Below, piece by piece: positions 46,630 to 56,662 of a DNA stretch of 64,000 nt. The notes under the pieces are model-generated. The model saw only the letters and a program-made list of their open reading frames with translations. It searched no databases and was not told where the DNA came from. Positions within the stretch are counted from its first letter, which is position 1, and every line of letters starts with the position of its first letter. Source of the DNA: Gemmatimonadota bacterium (lineage in GTDB: Bacteria; Gemmatimonadota; Gemmatimonadetes; Longimicrobiales; Gaopeijiaceae); the NCBI GenBank assembly GCA_034521595.1, contig JAXHMG010000003.1, positions 1,088,001-1,152,000 on the forward strand. The letters are read 5' to 3'. The translations under genes were made by a program, and so were the position numbers.

Positions 46630-47838
46630 ATGAGTACCGAGTCGTCGGACCGAGTCCGGGAGCGTTGGTTTCAGCTCGGCTTGGTCGCGGGGGCGGTGCT
46701 GCTCTCACTCTCCGCGTGGCTGACCGCGACGGCCGTAGCTCCGGAGCTCCGAGCACGGTGGGCGCTCACGACGCCGCAGGTCGGGTGGCTCACCACCGTC
46801 GTGCAGGTGGGCTTCGTCGCCGGAACCGCGTCGGCCGCGTTCATGAACCTCGCGGACGTTCTGTCATCGCGCGCGTACTTCGCCCTGTCCGCGCTGCTCG
46901 CCGCGACCGCGAATGCCGTCCTTCTGGTCGCGTCGGACTATCCGGTCGCGCTGGCGGCCCGGTTCTTCACCGGCTTTTTCCTGGCGGGCGTCTACCCGCC
47001 GGGCATGAAGATGATGGCCACCTGGTTCCGTGCCGAAAGAGGCCTGGCGATCGGCACGATCGTGGGCGCTCTGACCGTCGGGAAGGCGATGCCGTATCTG
47101 ATGAAGGCCTTCGGAGGTCCGGATGCCGGGTTCGTCATCGCGGGTGCCTCCTGGGCCGGGCTCCTCTCGGCCGCGATGGTCGGCCTGGCCTACCGGGACG
47201 GCCCTCACGACTTTCCGCGACGCGCGTTCGAGTGGCGGCGCGTGGGACGGATCCTGCGCCACCGTCCGACGATGTTGGCGACGGGAGGGTATCTCGGTCA
47301 CATGTGGGAGCTCTACGCCATGTGGTCGCTGATCGGGCTCTTCTTCACCGACTATTTCGGACTCCGGGGCTCGGCCCGGGCGGACCTCCATGCACCTCTG
47401 GCGACGTTCAGCGTCATCGCCATCGGGGGGGTAGGGGCCGTCTTGGCCGGACGCTGGGCCGACCGTGTGGGGCGGGCGCGTGTCACGATCGGGTCGATGG
47501 CGGTGAGCGGTGGCTGTGCGCTCACCGCCGGCTGGTTGCTCGCGGCCCCGCCATGGCTCGTGCTCGGGGTCACGCTCGTATGGGGATTCACGATCGTGGC
47601 GGATTCCGCGCAGTTCAGCGCGGTCGTGACGGAGCGTGCGCCACCCGATTCGGTGGGCACCGCGCTCATGCTCCAGACGATGGCGGGCTTTGCGCTCACC
47701 GGCGTTTCCATCCAGCTTACCAGCACGTTGGCCACTGCTTGGGGATGGGGGCCGGCGTTCGCGATCTTGGCGCTGGGGCCGGTGTGCGGGATCAAGGCGA
47801 TGCGCGCCCTGCAACCCGACGACGTCCCCGTGGTATGA
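46630..47838 (+). CDS. MFS transporter
   Basis: About 12 TM helices; GRWADRVGR motif A; GYLGHMWELYAMW. Confidence 0.88.
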   Translation: MSTESSDRVRERWFQLGLVAGAVLLSLSAWLTATAVAPELRARWALTTPQVGWLTTVVQVGFVAGTASAAFMNLADVLSSRAYFALSALLAATANAVLLVASDYPVALAARFFTGFFLAGVYPPGMKMMATWFRAERGLAIGTIVGALTVGKAMPYLMKAFGGPDAGFVIAGASWAGLLSAAMVGLAYRDGPHDFPRRAFEWRRVGRILRHRPTMLATGGYLGHMWELYAMWSLIGLFFTDYFGLRGSARADLHAPLATFSVIAIGGVGAVLAGRWADRVGRARVTIGSMAVSGGCALTAGWLLAAPPWLVLGVTLVWGFTIVADSAQFSAVVTERAPPDSVGTALMLQTMAGFALTGVSIQLTSTLATAWGWGPAFAILALGPVCGIKAMRALQPDDVPVV

Positions 47839-47887
47839 ATCCGTCGATCCCTCCTGAATGTACCGTCGAATCTCGAGGACCTGAGCG

Positions 47888-48265
47888 ATGAGCAAGAAGG
47901 TGAAGACCGCACTGTCCTGCGCGCTCCTCGCGGCGTTGGTGGCAGCCGTGCCGTCCGCCACCCTGCATTTCGACCTCAGTCGGTCGGTCCCCGAAGCCGG
48001 CGCCACGGTGCCCGCGCCTTCGGAGATCACGCTGTGGTTCACCGAGGTTCCCCAGGACAACTCGATCTCCATACGGCTCATCGACCCGCGCGGTGATCTC
48101 GTGGACTCCACCGAGCCGAACCAGGACGCGGAAGACGGCACGATGTTCAGTATCGCCCCGTCCGCGTCGGTCGCGCCCGGTGAGTATACGGTGGCGTGGC
48201 GAGGCATCGGCCAGGACGGGCACACCGTCCGGGGGGACTTCGGCTTCACGGTGGGGGCCCGATAG
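47888..48265 (+). CDS. copC: Copper resistance protein CopC
   Basis: Signal peptide then His (TLH-FDL), SVPEAG, YTVAWR, DGH. Confidence 0.88.
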   Translation: MSKKVKTALSCALLAALVAAVPSATLHFDLSRSVPEAGATVPAPSEITLWFTEVPQDNSISIRLIDPRGDLVDSTEPNQDAEDGTMFSIAPSASVAPGEYTVAWRGIGQDGHTVRGDFGFTVGAR

Positions 48266-49188
48266 AGGAGATCGGACCCGGTCCCGTCCTGGACGCGATC
48301 ACGGGCTGGGTCCTCTTCGCGGCGATTCTGGGCTCGATTGGGGCGGTCGCGCTCCGTTGGGCGGTCCTGCCGTGGATCCACCTGAAAGGGTATCCGTCCG
48401 ATACCGGAAAGGCGTTGGTCGAGGGAGCAGCGCGATTCGGCAGCTACGTCGCGCTATTCGTGCCTCTCGCGTTTCTCCTGGTCTTCACGCGCCAACTTCT
48501 CGAGTTCCGGGATCCGTTCGTACCGTGGACCGAGGACGCCCACCTCTTGCTAACCGGGACGAGTTGGGGCCGTACGTTCATCTTCTTCGGCGCTTTGGGC
48601 GTCGCGGTCGGTCCGGCGTTTCGGCTCGCTCGCCGGCACCCCGCGTGGGGCTGGGCCCTCGTGACCGCCATGGTTCTCGCGCTCGGAGCTTTCCCAGCTC
48701 TGACGGGCCACGCGAGCGCCGGAGAAGGCGTCGGGCGCGCCCTCACTCTCGGGTTGGACGTGCTCCATGTTTGGGCAGCGGGTGCGTGGATTGGCGGGCT
48801 GGCCGGAGTGTTGTTCCTCGACACGACCATGCGGCGCCGTGACGACACCGGACCGCGCGTGCTGCCCGCGCTGATCCCGGCGTTCTCCACGCTGGCCATC
48901 GCGGGGGTCGGCACGCTCGTGGTCACGGGGACCGCCGCATCCTGGATTCACTTACCGCGCCTCTCCGCCTTGCTTTCGGAGCCCTACGGACGAACACTCC
49001 TGATCAAGCTGACGGCGGTCGGACTGGTTCTCGGGCTGGGTTGGCTCAATTGGAAGCGCCTCACGCCACGGCTGGCCCGTCCATCCGGAGCTGATACCCT
49101 GTATCGGGGAGCGACGCTCGAGCTCGTCGTCGCCCAGTTGGTTCTGTTGGTTACGGCCGTATTGGTGCGCACGCCACCCAACGGATGA
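48262..49188 (+). CDS. copD: Copper resistance protein CopD (start unresolved)
   Basis: LTGHAS, LHVWAAGAWIGGL, FSTLA, YGRTLLIK; no ATG/GTG/TTG near the expected start. Confidence 0.82.
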   Translation: MEEIGPGPVLDAITGWVLFAAILGSIGAVALRWAVLPWIHLKGYPSDTGKALVEGAARFGSYVALFVPLAFLLVFTRQLLEFRDPFVPWTEDAHLLLTGTSWGRTFIFFGALGVAVGPAFRLARRHPAWGWALVTAMVLALGAFPALTGHASAGEGVGRALTLGLDVLHVWAAGAWIGGLAGVLFLDTTMRRRDDTGPRVLPALIPAFSTLAIAGVGTLVVTGTAASWIHLPRLSALLSEPYGRTLLIKLTAVGLVLGLGWLNWKRLTPRLARPSGADTLYRGATLELVVAQLVLLVTAVLVRTPPNG

Positions 49189-49246
49189 GCCGCGAACCCC
49201 GACTTTCCGGGGCTCCACCAATCGCGAGGAGGCGGCCGGAAGCCCG

Positions 49247-49723
49247 GTGATGATGGCCCGCCACATTCTTGTATGGATCGGCTTGCTCACGCTGGCCTGG
49301 CTCATCTTGGAGCCGAGTTGGAGTGCGTGGGCCGCCGGCGTTCTAGCGGTCACCACGGGAATGGCGCTTCGGTTGTATGCCGGCCGGCTTCGCCGCATAG
49401 GCCTTCATCCGCTCCGACTTCCACGCTTCGGGCTCTACTTCCTCGCCCAGTCGGTGAGCGGTGGCTGGGATGTGAGCCGGCGGGCCCTGACACCGGCGCT
49501 GCCACTCTCGCCGGACCTGATCACGCATCACCTTTCATTGTCCTCCCAGTCGGCGCGTGTGTTCGTGAGCAACGCCTTGAGCCTCCTCCCCGGTACGATC
49601 GCCGCGGACCTCCGAGGGCACGTCCTCATCGTGCACGTCCTCGTGACAGGGAGCGACGCCGAGGCTAGGGTGAGGACCCTGGAAGCCCGAGTAGCTCACC
49701 TGTTCGGAGCGGAAGGCCCGTGA
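49247..49723 (+). CDS. mrpE: Na+/H+ antiporter subunit E
   Basis: NALSLLPGT, LIVHVL, LEARVAHLF. Confidence 0.88.
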   Translation: MMMARHILVWIGLLTLAWLILEPSWSAWAAGVLAVTTGMALRLYAGRLRRIGLHPLRLPRFGLYFLAQSVSGGWDVSRRALTPALPLSPDLITHHLSLSSQSARVFVSNALSLLPGTIAADLRGHVLIVHVLVTGSDAEARVRTLEARVAHLFGAEGP

Positions 49724-49998
49724 TCGCGTTTCTGTACGGGATCGCCTTGCTCTTGCTCCTCAGCCTGGCCCTCGGCCTCGTCAGGGTCGCCCGCGGACCG
49801 ACCCGCGGTGACCGAATGGTGGCGGCTCAGCTTTTCGGGACTCATGGAGTCGCCACGCTCCTGGTTCTGGCGACGGCGACAGATGCTCCGGTGCTGCGGG
49901 ACGTGGCGCTCGTCTTCGCGCTTCTTGCCGCCGTCATCTCGGTGACATTCGTGAAGCGAGGTTGGATGAACGAGCGTTCGGACTCCGAAGACACGTGA
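49720..49998 (+). CDS. mrpF: Na+/H+ antiporter subunit F
   Basis: GPTRGDRMVA, DVALVFALL; three TM helices. Confidence 0.88.
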   Translation: MIAFLYGIALLLLLSLALGLVRVARGPTRGDRMVAAQLFGTHGVATLLVLATATDAPVLRDVALVFALLAAVISVTFVKRGWMNERSDSEDT

Positions 49999-50303
49999 CC
50001 ACCGTTCTCTCGGGCATCCTCCTCCTGGGGGCCGCTTTCTTTTTTCTGGCCGGAACGGTGGGACTGCTGCGCTTCCCGGACTTCTACTGTCGGTTACACG
50101 CCCTCACAAAGGCCGATAATCTGGGAATGGGGATGCTCGTCGTCGGGTTGATGCTCCAGACGCCGGGGTGGGCAGCTCGTTCCCAGCTTCTTCTCGTCTG
50201 GTTCCTGGTTCTCGTCACGGCCGCCACGGTGTGCCATCTACTGGCGAGATCGGCCCTCCACGGAGGGGTCGAGCCCTTGAAGGGAAGGCGGAGAAGTCGT
50301 TGA
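49995..50303 (+). CDS. mrpG: Na+/H+ antiporter subunit G
   Basis: GLLRFPDFYCRLHALTKADNLG; GTGA overlap. Confidence 0.88.
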   Translation: MTTVLSGILLLGAAFFFLAGTVGLLRFPDFYCRLHALTKADNLGMGMLVVGLMLQTPGWAARSQLLLVWFLVLVTAATVCHLLARSALHGGVEPLKGRRRSR

Positions 50304-51364
50304 CCGGGCTCACGTGGGCTCTGGACGGCGGGTTTGCGCTTCTCCTCGTAGTGTTGGTCACCAGGGCCATGCTGACCAGAGATCTTTTCGAGGCCGTGGT
50401 GCTGTTCATCGCGTTCGGCTTGACCCTCTCCCTCGCCTGGGTGCGACTCGGAGCACCGGACGTGGCTCTTGCCGAAGCGGCGCTGGGGGCTGGTGTCACG
50501 GGCGCCTTGTTCTTGAACGCCTTTCAGCGGCTGGCCCGAGCCTCGGCCGACTCCGACTTGCCACACGCCTACCTGATCGACGACGAACCCGGTGTGCGAT
50601 CCCTACGCCTCCGTGCGATCTCCGTGGGCACGGCTGCGTTCCTGGCCGCTGCCTTCGTCGGAGTCCTGGTCGGGATCCCCGCCAGGGAAGCGGTCCTCGC
50701 CGAAGCGGTGAACACGTCCCTCCCACGCACCGGCCTCTCGAACCCCGTCACCGCGGTGCTTTTGAGCTTCCGAGCGTATGACACCCTGTTCGAGGTCGCC
50801 GTGCTGGTCCTCGCGACCGTGACGGTATGGTCACTCGATCGGGAGCATACGCCGTTCCACCAGACGCCGGGGCCACGCGGAGACCCCGTGCTGGAAGGAC
50901 TCACGAGCCTGGTCGTACCGGTCGCGGGCGTCACCGCCGTGTACCTCGTGTGGGCCGGGACGCATGCTGCCGGGGGCGCGTTCCAGGGCGGGGCGCTTCT
51001 CGCCGGGATCGGGGTCCTCCTGGCCGCGAGTGGCGTGATAAGGCCCGGCGCGTTCGGAGCCCCGGTCATACGGGTGCTCGGCCTCATGGGGCTCGCCCTC
51101 TTCATCGGCGTCGGCGTGGTGTTCATGCCCTGGACCGGCTCGTTGCTGACCTACCCCGAAGGGTGGGACTACGCGATCACTCTCGCGGTCGAGGGAACGC
51201 TTGCACTGTCCGTCGCCGTGATCCTCGTAGAGCTCTTCCTGGACGTCCCGGCAGCTCCCGAGGCGGATCCACGTTTCGACCGCGTGGATCCGACGGGGGA
51301 TCCTCTCGGACGAAAGCTCCGCTGGGACTCTTCGCGGACCCGACGCCCCGGAGAGGACGGATGA
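50300..51364 (+). CDS. mrpB: Na+/H+ antiporter subunit B with N-terminal DUF4040 (MrpA C-terminal-like) domain
   Basis: APDVALAEAALGAG, NPVTAVLLSFRAYDTLFE, GGAFQGG; TTGA overlap. Confidence 0.85.
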   Translation: MTGLTWALDGGFALLLVVLVTRAMLTRDLFEAVVLFIAFGLTLSLAWVRLGAPDVALAEAALGAGVTGALFLNAFQRLARASADSDLPHAYLIDDEPGVRSLRLRAISVGTAAFLAAAFVGVLVGIPAREAVLAEAVNTSLPRTGLSNPVTAVLLSFRAYDTLFEVAVLVLATVTVWSLDREHTPFHQTPGPRGDPVLEGLTSLVVPVAGVTAVYLVWAGTHAAGGAFQGGALLAGIGVLLAASGVIRPGAFGAPVIRVLGLMGLALFIGVGVVFMPWTGSLLTYPEGWDYAITLAVEGTLALSVAVILVELFLDVPAAPEADPRFDRVDPTGDPLGRKLRWDSSRTRRPGEDG

Positions 51365-51732
51365 CGCACGAGCTCCCCTATCTCGCAGCAGGCGCGGCCG
51401 TCTTCATGGCCGGCCTGGTCGGCACGCTGGGACGAAGTCATCTGTTCTGGAAGGTGCTCGGCATCAACTTCATGGGAAGTGGGATCTTCCTGGTCCTGTC
51501 GGCAGCTTCGCCCCGGCTGCCCGGGGAAGGAGCCGATCCGGTCCCCCAAGCCATGATTCTCACCGGGATCGTCGTCACCGCCGCCGTCACGGCGGTAGCG
51601 CTGGGAATGGCTTTGCGAGTCGTCATCCGCACCGGCTATCCCTTTCTGTCGGAAGACATCCCGGCGAGCGACGAGGGGCCCTTGCCGCGCCGGGCTCGTG
51701 CCCAAGATCCTCCGGCGGACGGATCGACGTGA
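51361..51732 (+). CDS. mrpC: Na+/H+ antiporter subunit C
   Basis: DPVPQAMILTGIVV; ATGA overlap. Confidence 0.88.
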   Translation: MTHELPYLAAGAAVFMAGLVGTLGRSHLFWKVLGINFMGSGIFLVLSAASPRLPGEGADPVPQAMILTGIVVTAAVTAVALGMALRVVIRTGYPFLSEDIPASDEGPLPRRARAQDPPADGST

Positions 51733-53255
51733 CGGGAGCGGAGCTCTGGACCACCGTCGCGCTCGTGAGCCCGCTCGTCGGCGCGATGTTGAGTCTCGCT
51801 CCGGGCCGCCTGTTCATTCTGGCCGGCCTCGGTCTCGGAGCGGCCGGCTCGCTCGTGGGAACCGTGGGACTCTGGGCAGAGGTCCGGGCGGAAGGCGTCG
51901 TCCGGCACCTGATCGGAGGGTGGGGGCGTCCGCTCGGCATCGAGCTTCAGGCGGATGGACTGTCTATGGTCTTCCTGGCGCTCACGGCCGTGCTCGGCAC
52001 GGCGGTGAGCGTCTACGCGAGCGCCTACTTCCAGGATGTGGCTCCTGGCTGGGTGCGGAACCCGTCAGGAGCGAGAGGAGCCCGCTACTTCGCTCCCTTG
52101 ACGCTCTTCGCCTGGACGGGGCTGAACGGAGTCTTCCTCTCCGGAGACCTTTTCAACCTGTATGTGATGCTCGAGATCGTCGGGCTCTCGGCCGCGGCTC
52201 TCGTGACCCTCGCCGTTACGGCGAAGGCTACCGAGGCCGGGATGCGGTACCTCCTCGTATCGCTCTCGGGCTCGATGCTGTTCCTGCTCGGCGTCACGGT
52301 CCTCTATCTGGAGCACGGCACCCTTTCGCTCGAACAAATCGCGGCGCAAGCTCCCACCGGGGCGCCCGGAGCCACGGCGCTGGCGATCATGACCGTGGGA
52401 CTCGCCGCGAAGACGGCGCTTTTCCCTCTCCACGCATGGCTCCCGCCCGCTCATTCCGCGGCGCCCGCGCCGGCGAGCGCTCTCCTTTCGGCACTCGTCG
52501 TGAAAGGGTCGTTCTACATCATCGTGCGACTCTGGGTGGACGTATACGGTCTGACGGTCCCTGCCTCGACTGCTGAACAGGCTTCCGTGCTCATGGGTCT
52601 TCTCGGGGCCGCTGCCATAATCTGGGGCTCGGTGCTCGCGATCCGTCAACGGAGCTTGAAGCGCCTCATCGCCTATTCCACCGTCGCCCAGCTGGGATAC
52701 CTCTTCGTCATGTTTCCGCTCCTCGTCCCTTACGCCCAGGAGGCGACCGGTGCCGTCCGGGCGGCAAGCGTCGATGCATGGAATGGCGGGATCTATCACG
52801 CGCTCTCCCACGGCCTCGCGAAGGCCGCGATGTTTCTCGCGGCCGGAAACATGACCCATGCCGTCTCCGACGACGCGATCGAATCCATCGCCGGCGTGGC
52901 GCGCCGCCTGCCCATGTCGTTCCTCGCGTTCGGGCTCGCCGGTCTCAGTCTCGCGGGCGTTCCCCCGTCCGGGGGATTCCTGGCCAAGTGGCTCCTCTTG
53001 GACGCTGCGTTCACGAGTGGCCGTTGGGGTTGGGGAATCGTCATCGCTCTGGGCGGGCTCCTGACCCTCGCCTATGTCCTCCTGGTGGCCCGCCGTGCCT
53101 TCGATGCCACGGAAGGCCCGTCGGGCTTTCGTCCCGTGCCGCGACGCATGGAGTGGATGCCGGCCGTGCTGGCCCTCATGGCCGTCCTCCTGGGCGTCCG
53201 CGCCGTGGAAATCCTCGACATGCTGCTGGTCGGAGCGACCGGTCCATGGGGGTGA
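51729..53255 (+). CDS. mrpD: Mrp antiporter subunit D-like (first copy)
   Basis: DLFNLYVMLE, KTALFPLHAWLP, LKRLIAYST, GFLAKW. Confidence 0.88.
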   Translation: MTGAELWTTVALVSPLVGAMLSLAPGRLFILAGLGLGAAGSLVGTVGLWAEVRAEGVVRHLIGGWGRPLGIELQADGLSMVFLALTAVLGTAVSVYASAYFQDVAPGWVRNPSGARGARYFAPLTLFAWTGLNGVFLSGDLFNLYVMLEIVGLSAAALVTLAVTAKATEAGMRYLLVSLSGSMLFLLGVTVLYLEHGTLSLEQIAAQAPTGAPGATALAIMTVGLAAKTALFPLHAWLPPAHSAAPAPASALLSALVVKGSFYIIVRLWVDVYGLTVPASTAEQASVLMGLLGAAAIIWGSVLAIRQRSLKRLIAYSTVAQLGYLFVMFPLLVPYAQEATGAVRAASVDAWNGGIYHALSHGLAKAAMFLAAGNMTHAVSDDAIESIAGVARRLPMSFLAFGLAGLSLAGVPPSGGFLAKWLLLDAAFTSGRWGWGIVIALGGLLTLAYVLLVARRAFDATEGPSGFRPVPRRMEWMPAVLALMAVLLGVRAVEILDMLLVGATGPWG

Positions 53256-54772
53256 TCGAGGACCTCGCTGGAACGGCCGCCGGATGGTCGGCGCTCCCCT
53301 TGCTGGTGGTGCTGAGCTCGTTCGTTCCCGGCGTGGGCATCATGTTCCTTCGGGAAGATCAGCACCGGGCTCGTACGACGTTGAACCTCGCCGGGGCGCT
53401 CCTGAAGGTCGTGTTCGTGGGCCTGATGCTCTGGGGTGTGGCCCTCGGGGCACGGTACGAATGGAGCTTCCGGGTGCTGCCCGATTTCGAGCTGACCTTG
53501 GTGGGGGATCCCCTCGCGCTTCTCTTCGTCACCCTTTCAGCCGGTCTCTGGCTCGCCACCACCATCTACGCGATCGGTTACCTCGAGGGATCACCGAACC
53601 GAACCCGCTTCTTCTCGTTCTTCAGTCTCTGTGTCACGGCCACGACCGGTCTGGCCATGGCCGGGGACCTGTTCACGTTCGTCCTCTTTTACGAAGCGCT
53701 GACCTGGACGACCTATCCGCTCGTCGTCCACCGCGGCACGCCGGAAGCCATCCGCGCGGGACGGACCTATCTCATCTACACGGCGACGGCCGGTGTCCTG
53801 CTGTTGGTCGGGGCCGTGGGCGTCTACGCGCTCGCCGGATCGGTCGACTTCCAGGCAGGCGGGCTCCTCGACCCCGATGTCGTCGCCGACGCCCCGGGGA
53901 CGCACAGACTCGTGTTCCTGTCGATGCTCGCCGGGGTAGGGGTGAAGATCGCGTTTTTCCCGGTCCACGGATGGCTTCCGGCAGCCATGGTTGCCCCGGC
54001 GCCGGTGACCGCGCTCTTACACGCGGTGGCGGTCGTCAAAGCCGGCGCGTTCGGCCTGCTCCGGCTGCTGCATTCGGTATTCGGCATCGACGTGGCCACA
54101 TCGCTCGGTCTTGCCCAGCTCGTCGCCGGGCTGGCCGCGGTGACGATCATCTATGGCTCCTTGCGCGCATTGTACCAGGACGACCTGAAGCGACGGCTCG
54201 CCTTCAGCACGGTCAGCCAGCTGTCGTACATCGCACTCGGAGCGTCCCTTCTGGCTCCCACGGCCCAGATTGGAGGGATCGTCCACCTCGTGCATCAGGG
54301 GGTCATGAAGATCACGCTCTTCTTTTGCGCAGGACTCCTTGCAGAGGTGCTTCACGTCAAGAAGGTCAGCGAGATGGCCGGAGTGGGCCGGCGTATGCCC
54401 TGGACGATGCTCGCCTTCAGCGTGGCCGCGCTCGGGATGATCGGACTTCCACCGATGGCCGGATTCTCGAGCAAGTGGTACCTGGGTGTGGGGGCGCTCG
54501 AGAGTGGAGCGGGTTGGGCGGTCCCCGTGCTTCTGGCGAGCAGCGTCCTGAACGCGGCGTACTTCCTCCCGATCCTCCATGCCGCATGGTTCCGTGATCG
54601 AGACGTTCGGTGGGACGACGTGGGGCGGGGACGCTGGTTGGAGGCGGACTGGAAGCTGTTGGTGCCGGCCATCTCGACCGCGGCGGTGACTCTGGGCGCG
54701 GGATTGTTCGCGAGCGCGCCCTGGAGTCCGCTCGGCTGGACGACACTCATCGTGGAAGGGGTAGGGCTCTGA
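53252..54772 (+). CDS. mrpD: Mrp antiporter subunit D-like (second copy)
   Basis: DLFTFVLFYE, KIAFFPVHGWLP, LKRRLAFST, GFSSKW; start 53246 or 53252. Confidence 0.85.
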   Translation: MIEDLAGTAAGWSALPLLVVLSSFVPGVGIMFLREDQHRARTTLNLAGALLKVVFVGLMLWGVALGARYEWSFRVLPDFELTLVGDPLALLFVTLSAGLWLATTIYAIGYLEGSPNRTRFFSFFSLCVTATTGLAMAGDLFTFVLFYEALTWTTYPLVVHRGTPEAIRAGRTYLIYTATAGVLLLVGAVGVYALAGSVDFQAGGLLDPDVVADAPGTHRLVFLSMLAGVGVKIAFFPVHGWLPAAMVAPAPVTALLHAVAVVKAGAFGLLRLLHSVFGIDVATSLGLAQLVAGLAAVTIIYGSLRALYQDDLKRRLAFSTVSQLSYIALGASLLAPTAQIGGIVHLVHQGVMKITLFFCAGLLAEVLHVKKVSEMAGVGRRMPWTMLAFSVAALGMIGLPPMAGFSSKWYLGVGALESGAGWAVPVLLASSVLNAAYFLPILHAAWFRDRDVRWDDVGRGRWLEADWKLLVPAISTAAVTLGAGLFASAPWSPLGWTTLIVEGVGL

Positions 54773-54775
54773 AGC

Positions 54776-56608
54776 ATGGGCATTCCCGATCTCCTGCTGT
54801 TCCTGATCCCCGCGTGCCCCGCCGCTCTGGCGGCCCTCTGGATGTTCGAGAGCATCCGGCGCTCCCTCGTGTCGCTCGCCCCGTGGGCGGCGGCGCCGGC
54901 CGTCCTTCTTTCGTTGTTCCCACACCTGGAGGGGACGTCCTGGTCGACGTCCGGCGTCATGGCAGGCCTCCGGTTGGAAGTGGACGAGATGGGCCGAGCC
55001 TTTCTGTTCCTCACCGCTCTCCTCTGGCTGCTCGCCGGAGCGTACGCTCGTAGCTATCACCGGCGGGACCCCCGAAGGGAGCGTTTCTTCGGCTTCTTCG
55101 TGTTGACCATGGCCGGGAACCTGGGTCTGGTCGTCGCGGCCGATGTCCTATCGTTCTACCTGTTTTTCGCGTGGATGACGTTCGCCGCCTACGGTCTGGT
55201 GGTCCATCGCCGTGACGAGGCCGCGTTTCGCGCCGGACGGGTGTACATCGTCCTGGCGGTCGCGGGGGAGGTGGCCGTGTTGGCCTCGCTCTTCCTGCTG
55301 GGATGGGCTTCGGCGGGCGTCCCGCAGTTCGGTGGCGACCTCGAGCATGCCTGGGCACAGCTCGCCGGGTCGGGTCACGCGGGTTGGGTGGCCGGCCTGG
55401 TGCTCGGGGGATTCGGGATCAAGGCCGGCCTCGTGCCGCTGCACCTCTGGCTGCCCCTGGCACATCCGGTCGCTCCCACGGCAGCGAGCGCTCTGCTGAG
55501 CGGGGCGATGATCAAGGCCGGATTACTTGCCTGGATCCGGATTCTCCCGGTCGAAACCTCGCTTTCCGCCGTGGCAACCGGAGTCGTCGTTCTCGGTGCG
55601 TTGAGCACCCTCTACGGGGTGCTCGCTGGACTCGGCCAGGACGACGCCAAGACTGTACTCGCCTACTCGAGCGTGAGTCAGATGGGCTTCATGGCGGTCG
55701 GGGTGGGCCTCGCGCTCGGGACCACTGAGGGCCATGAGCTCGCGCTCCTGGCGGTGGTGATCTACGCGCTACACCACGGGGTGGCGAAGGGGGCGCTGTT
55801 TCTCTCCGTCGGTGTCGCGGAGCGTGTGCCACTGGAACAGCGTGGCGGGATCGTCCGGAGGAAGGGGTGGATCCTGGCGGCTACCGCGCTGCCCGCGCTC
55901 GCGCTCAGTGGCGCTCCGTTCACGACCGGTGCGCTATCCAAGGGAACCTTGAAGGATGCCCTCTACGCGCTCGCTCCGACCCTGAACCCCGTTCTCGGCC
56001 CGGTGCTCATTCTCGCCGGCGTGGGGACGACCGTGTTGATGGCCCGGTTCCTGGTCCTATTGGCCGGCCGCATCCGCGTTCGGGAGAAGCCTGCCCACGG
56101 CGTCGACTCCCCGGCCTCCGCGACCCCCTCGCCATGGAGCTCGGCGGGCCTGATCATCCCCTGGGGAGTTCTCTTGTTCATCGGCCTGAGCGGACCCTGG
56201 TGGCTTGCCCGGATCGTGCCGGGCGCCTCGGAGCTCAGCCTTCCCGCTGCCCTGAGCGACTGGCCGGCCGCTGCGGGGCCGCTACTGACGGGTATCGCGC
56301 TGGCCGGGGTCGTGGGGCGGTGGCCGAGGGTTCTCGGTGGGTTGCGGCGCGTTCGGATTCCGCCCGGTGACCTCCTGGTGCCGGTGGAGGGGATGCTCCG
56401 CGGCATCGGGGCGCTCCCGGTCGCGCGATGGGGCGGTCGTACCGGGACCTGGGTGCGGAAGATCCGCCCATCCCAGGCTCGCCTTCGCTCCTGGATGGCT
56501 CGGATGCTGGATCGGATGCTGGATCGTGACCTTCGCCTCGCTCGGGGCAGGATCGTGACGCACACCCTCCTCGTTCTGGTCCTGGGGCTTCTCAGCCTTC
56601 TCCTGTGA
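54776..56608 (+). CDS. Mrp/complex I subunit 5-family antiporter subunit (third copy)
   Basis: KAGLVPLHLWLPLAHP, AMIKAG, KTVLAYSSVSQMG, HHGVAKGALF. Confidence 0.82.
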   Translation: MGIPDLLLFLIPACPAALAALWMFESIRRSLVSLAPWAAAPAVLLSLFPHLEGTSWSTSGVMAGLRLEVDEMGRAFLFLTALLWLLAGAYARSYHRRDPRRERFFGFFVLTMAGNLGLVVAADVLSFYLFFAWMTFAAYGLVVHRRDEAAFRAGRVYIVLAVAGEVAVLASLFLLGWASAGVPQFGGDLEHAWAQLAGSGHAGWVAGLVLGGFGIKAGLVPLHLWLPLAHPVAPTAASALLSGAMIKAGLLAWIRILPVETSLSAVATGVVVLGALSTLYGVLAGLGQDDAKTVLAYSSVSQMGFMAVGVGLALGTTEGHELALLAVVIYALHHGVAKGALFLSVGVAERVPLEQRGGIVRRKGWILAATALPALALSGAPFTTGALSKGTLKDALYALAPTLNPVLGPVLILAGVGTTVLMARFLVLLAGRIRVREKPAHGVDSPASATPSPWSSAGLIIPWGVLLFIGLSGPWWLARIVPGASELSLPAALSDWPAAAGPLLTGIALAGVVGRWPRVLGGLRRVRIPPGDLLVPVEGMLRGIGALPVARWGGRTGTWVRKIRPSQARLRSWMARMLDRMLDRDLRLARGRIVTHTLLVLVLGLLSLLL

Positions 56609-56662
56609 CAGCCCGCGGCCGACTCCGTTCCGGCGGATGGCGCGGCCCCGAGCCGCTCGGGA

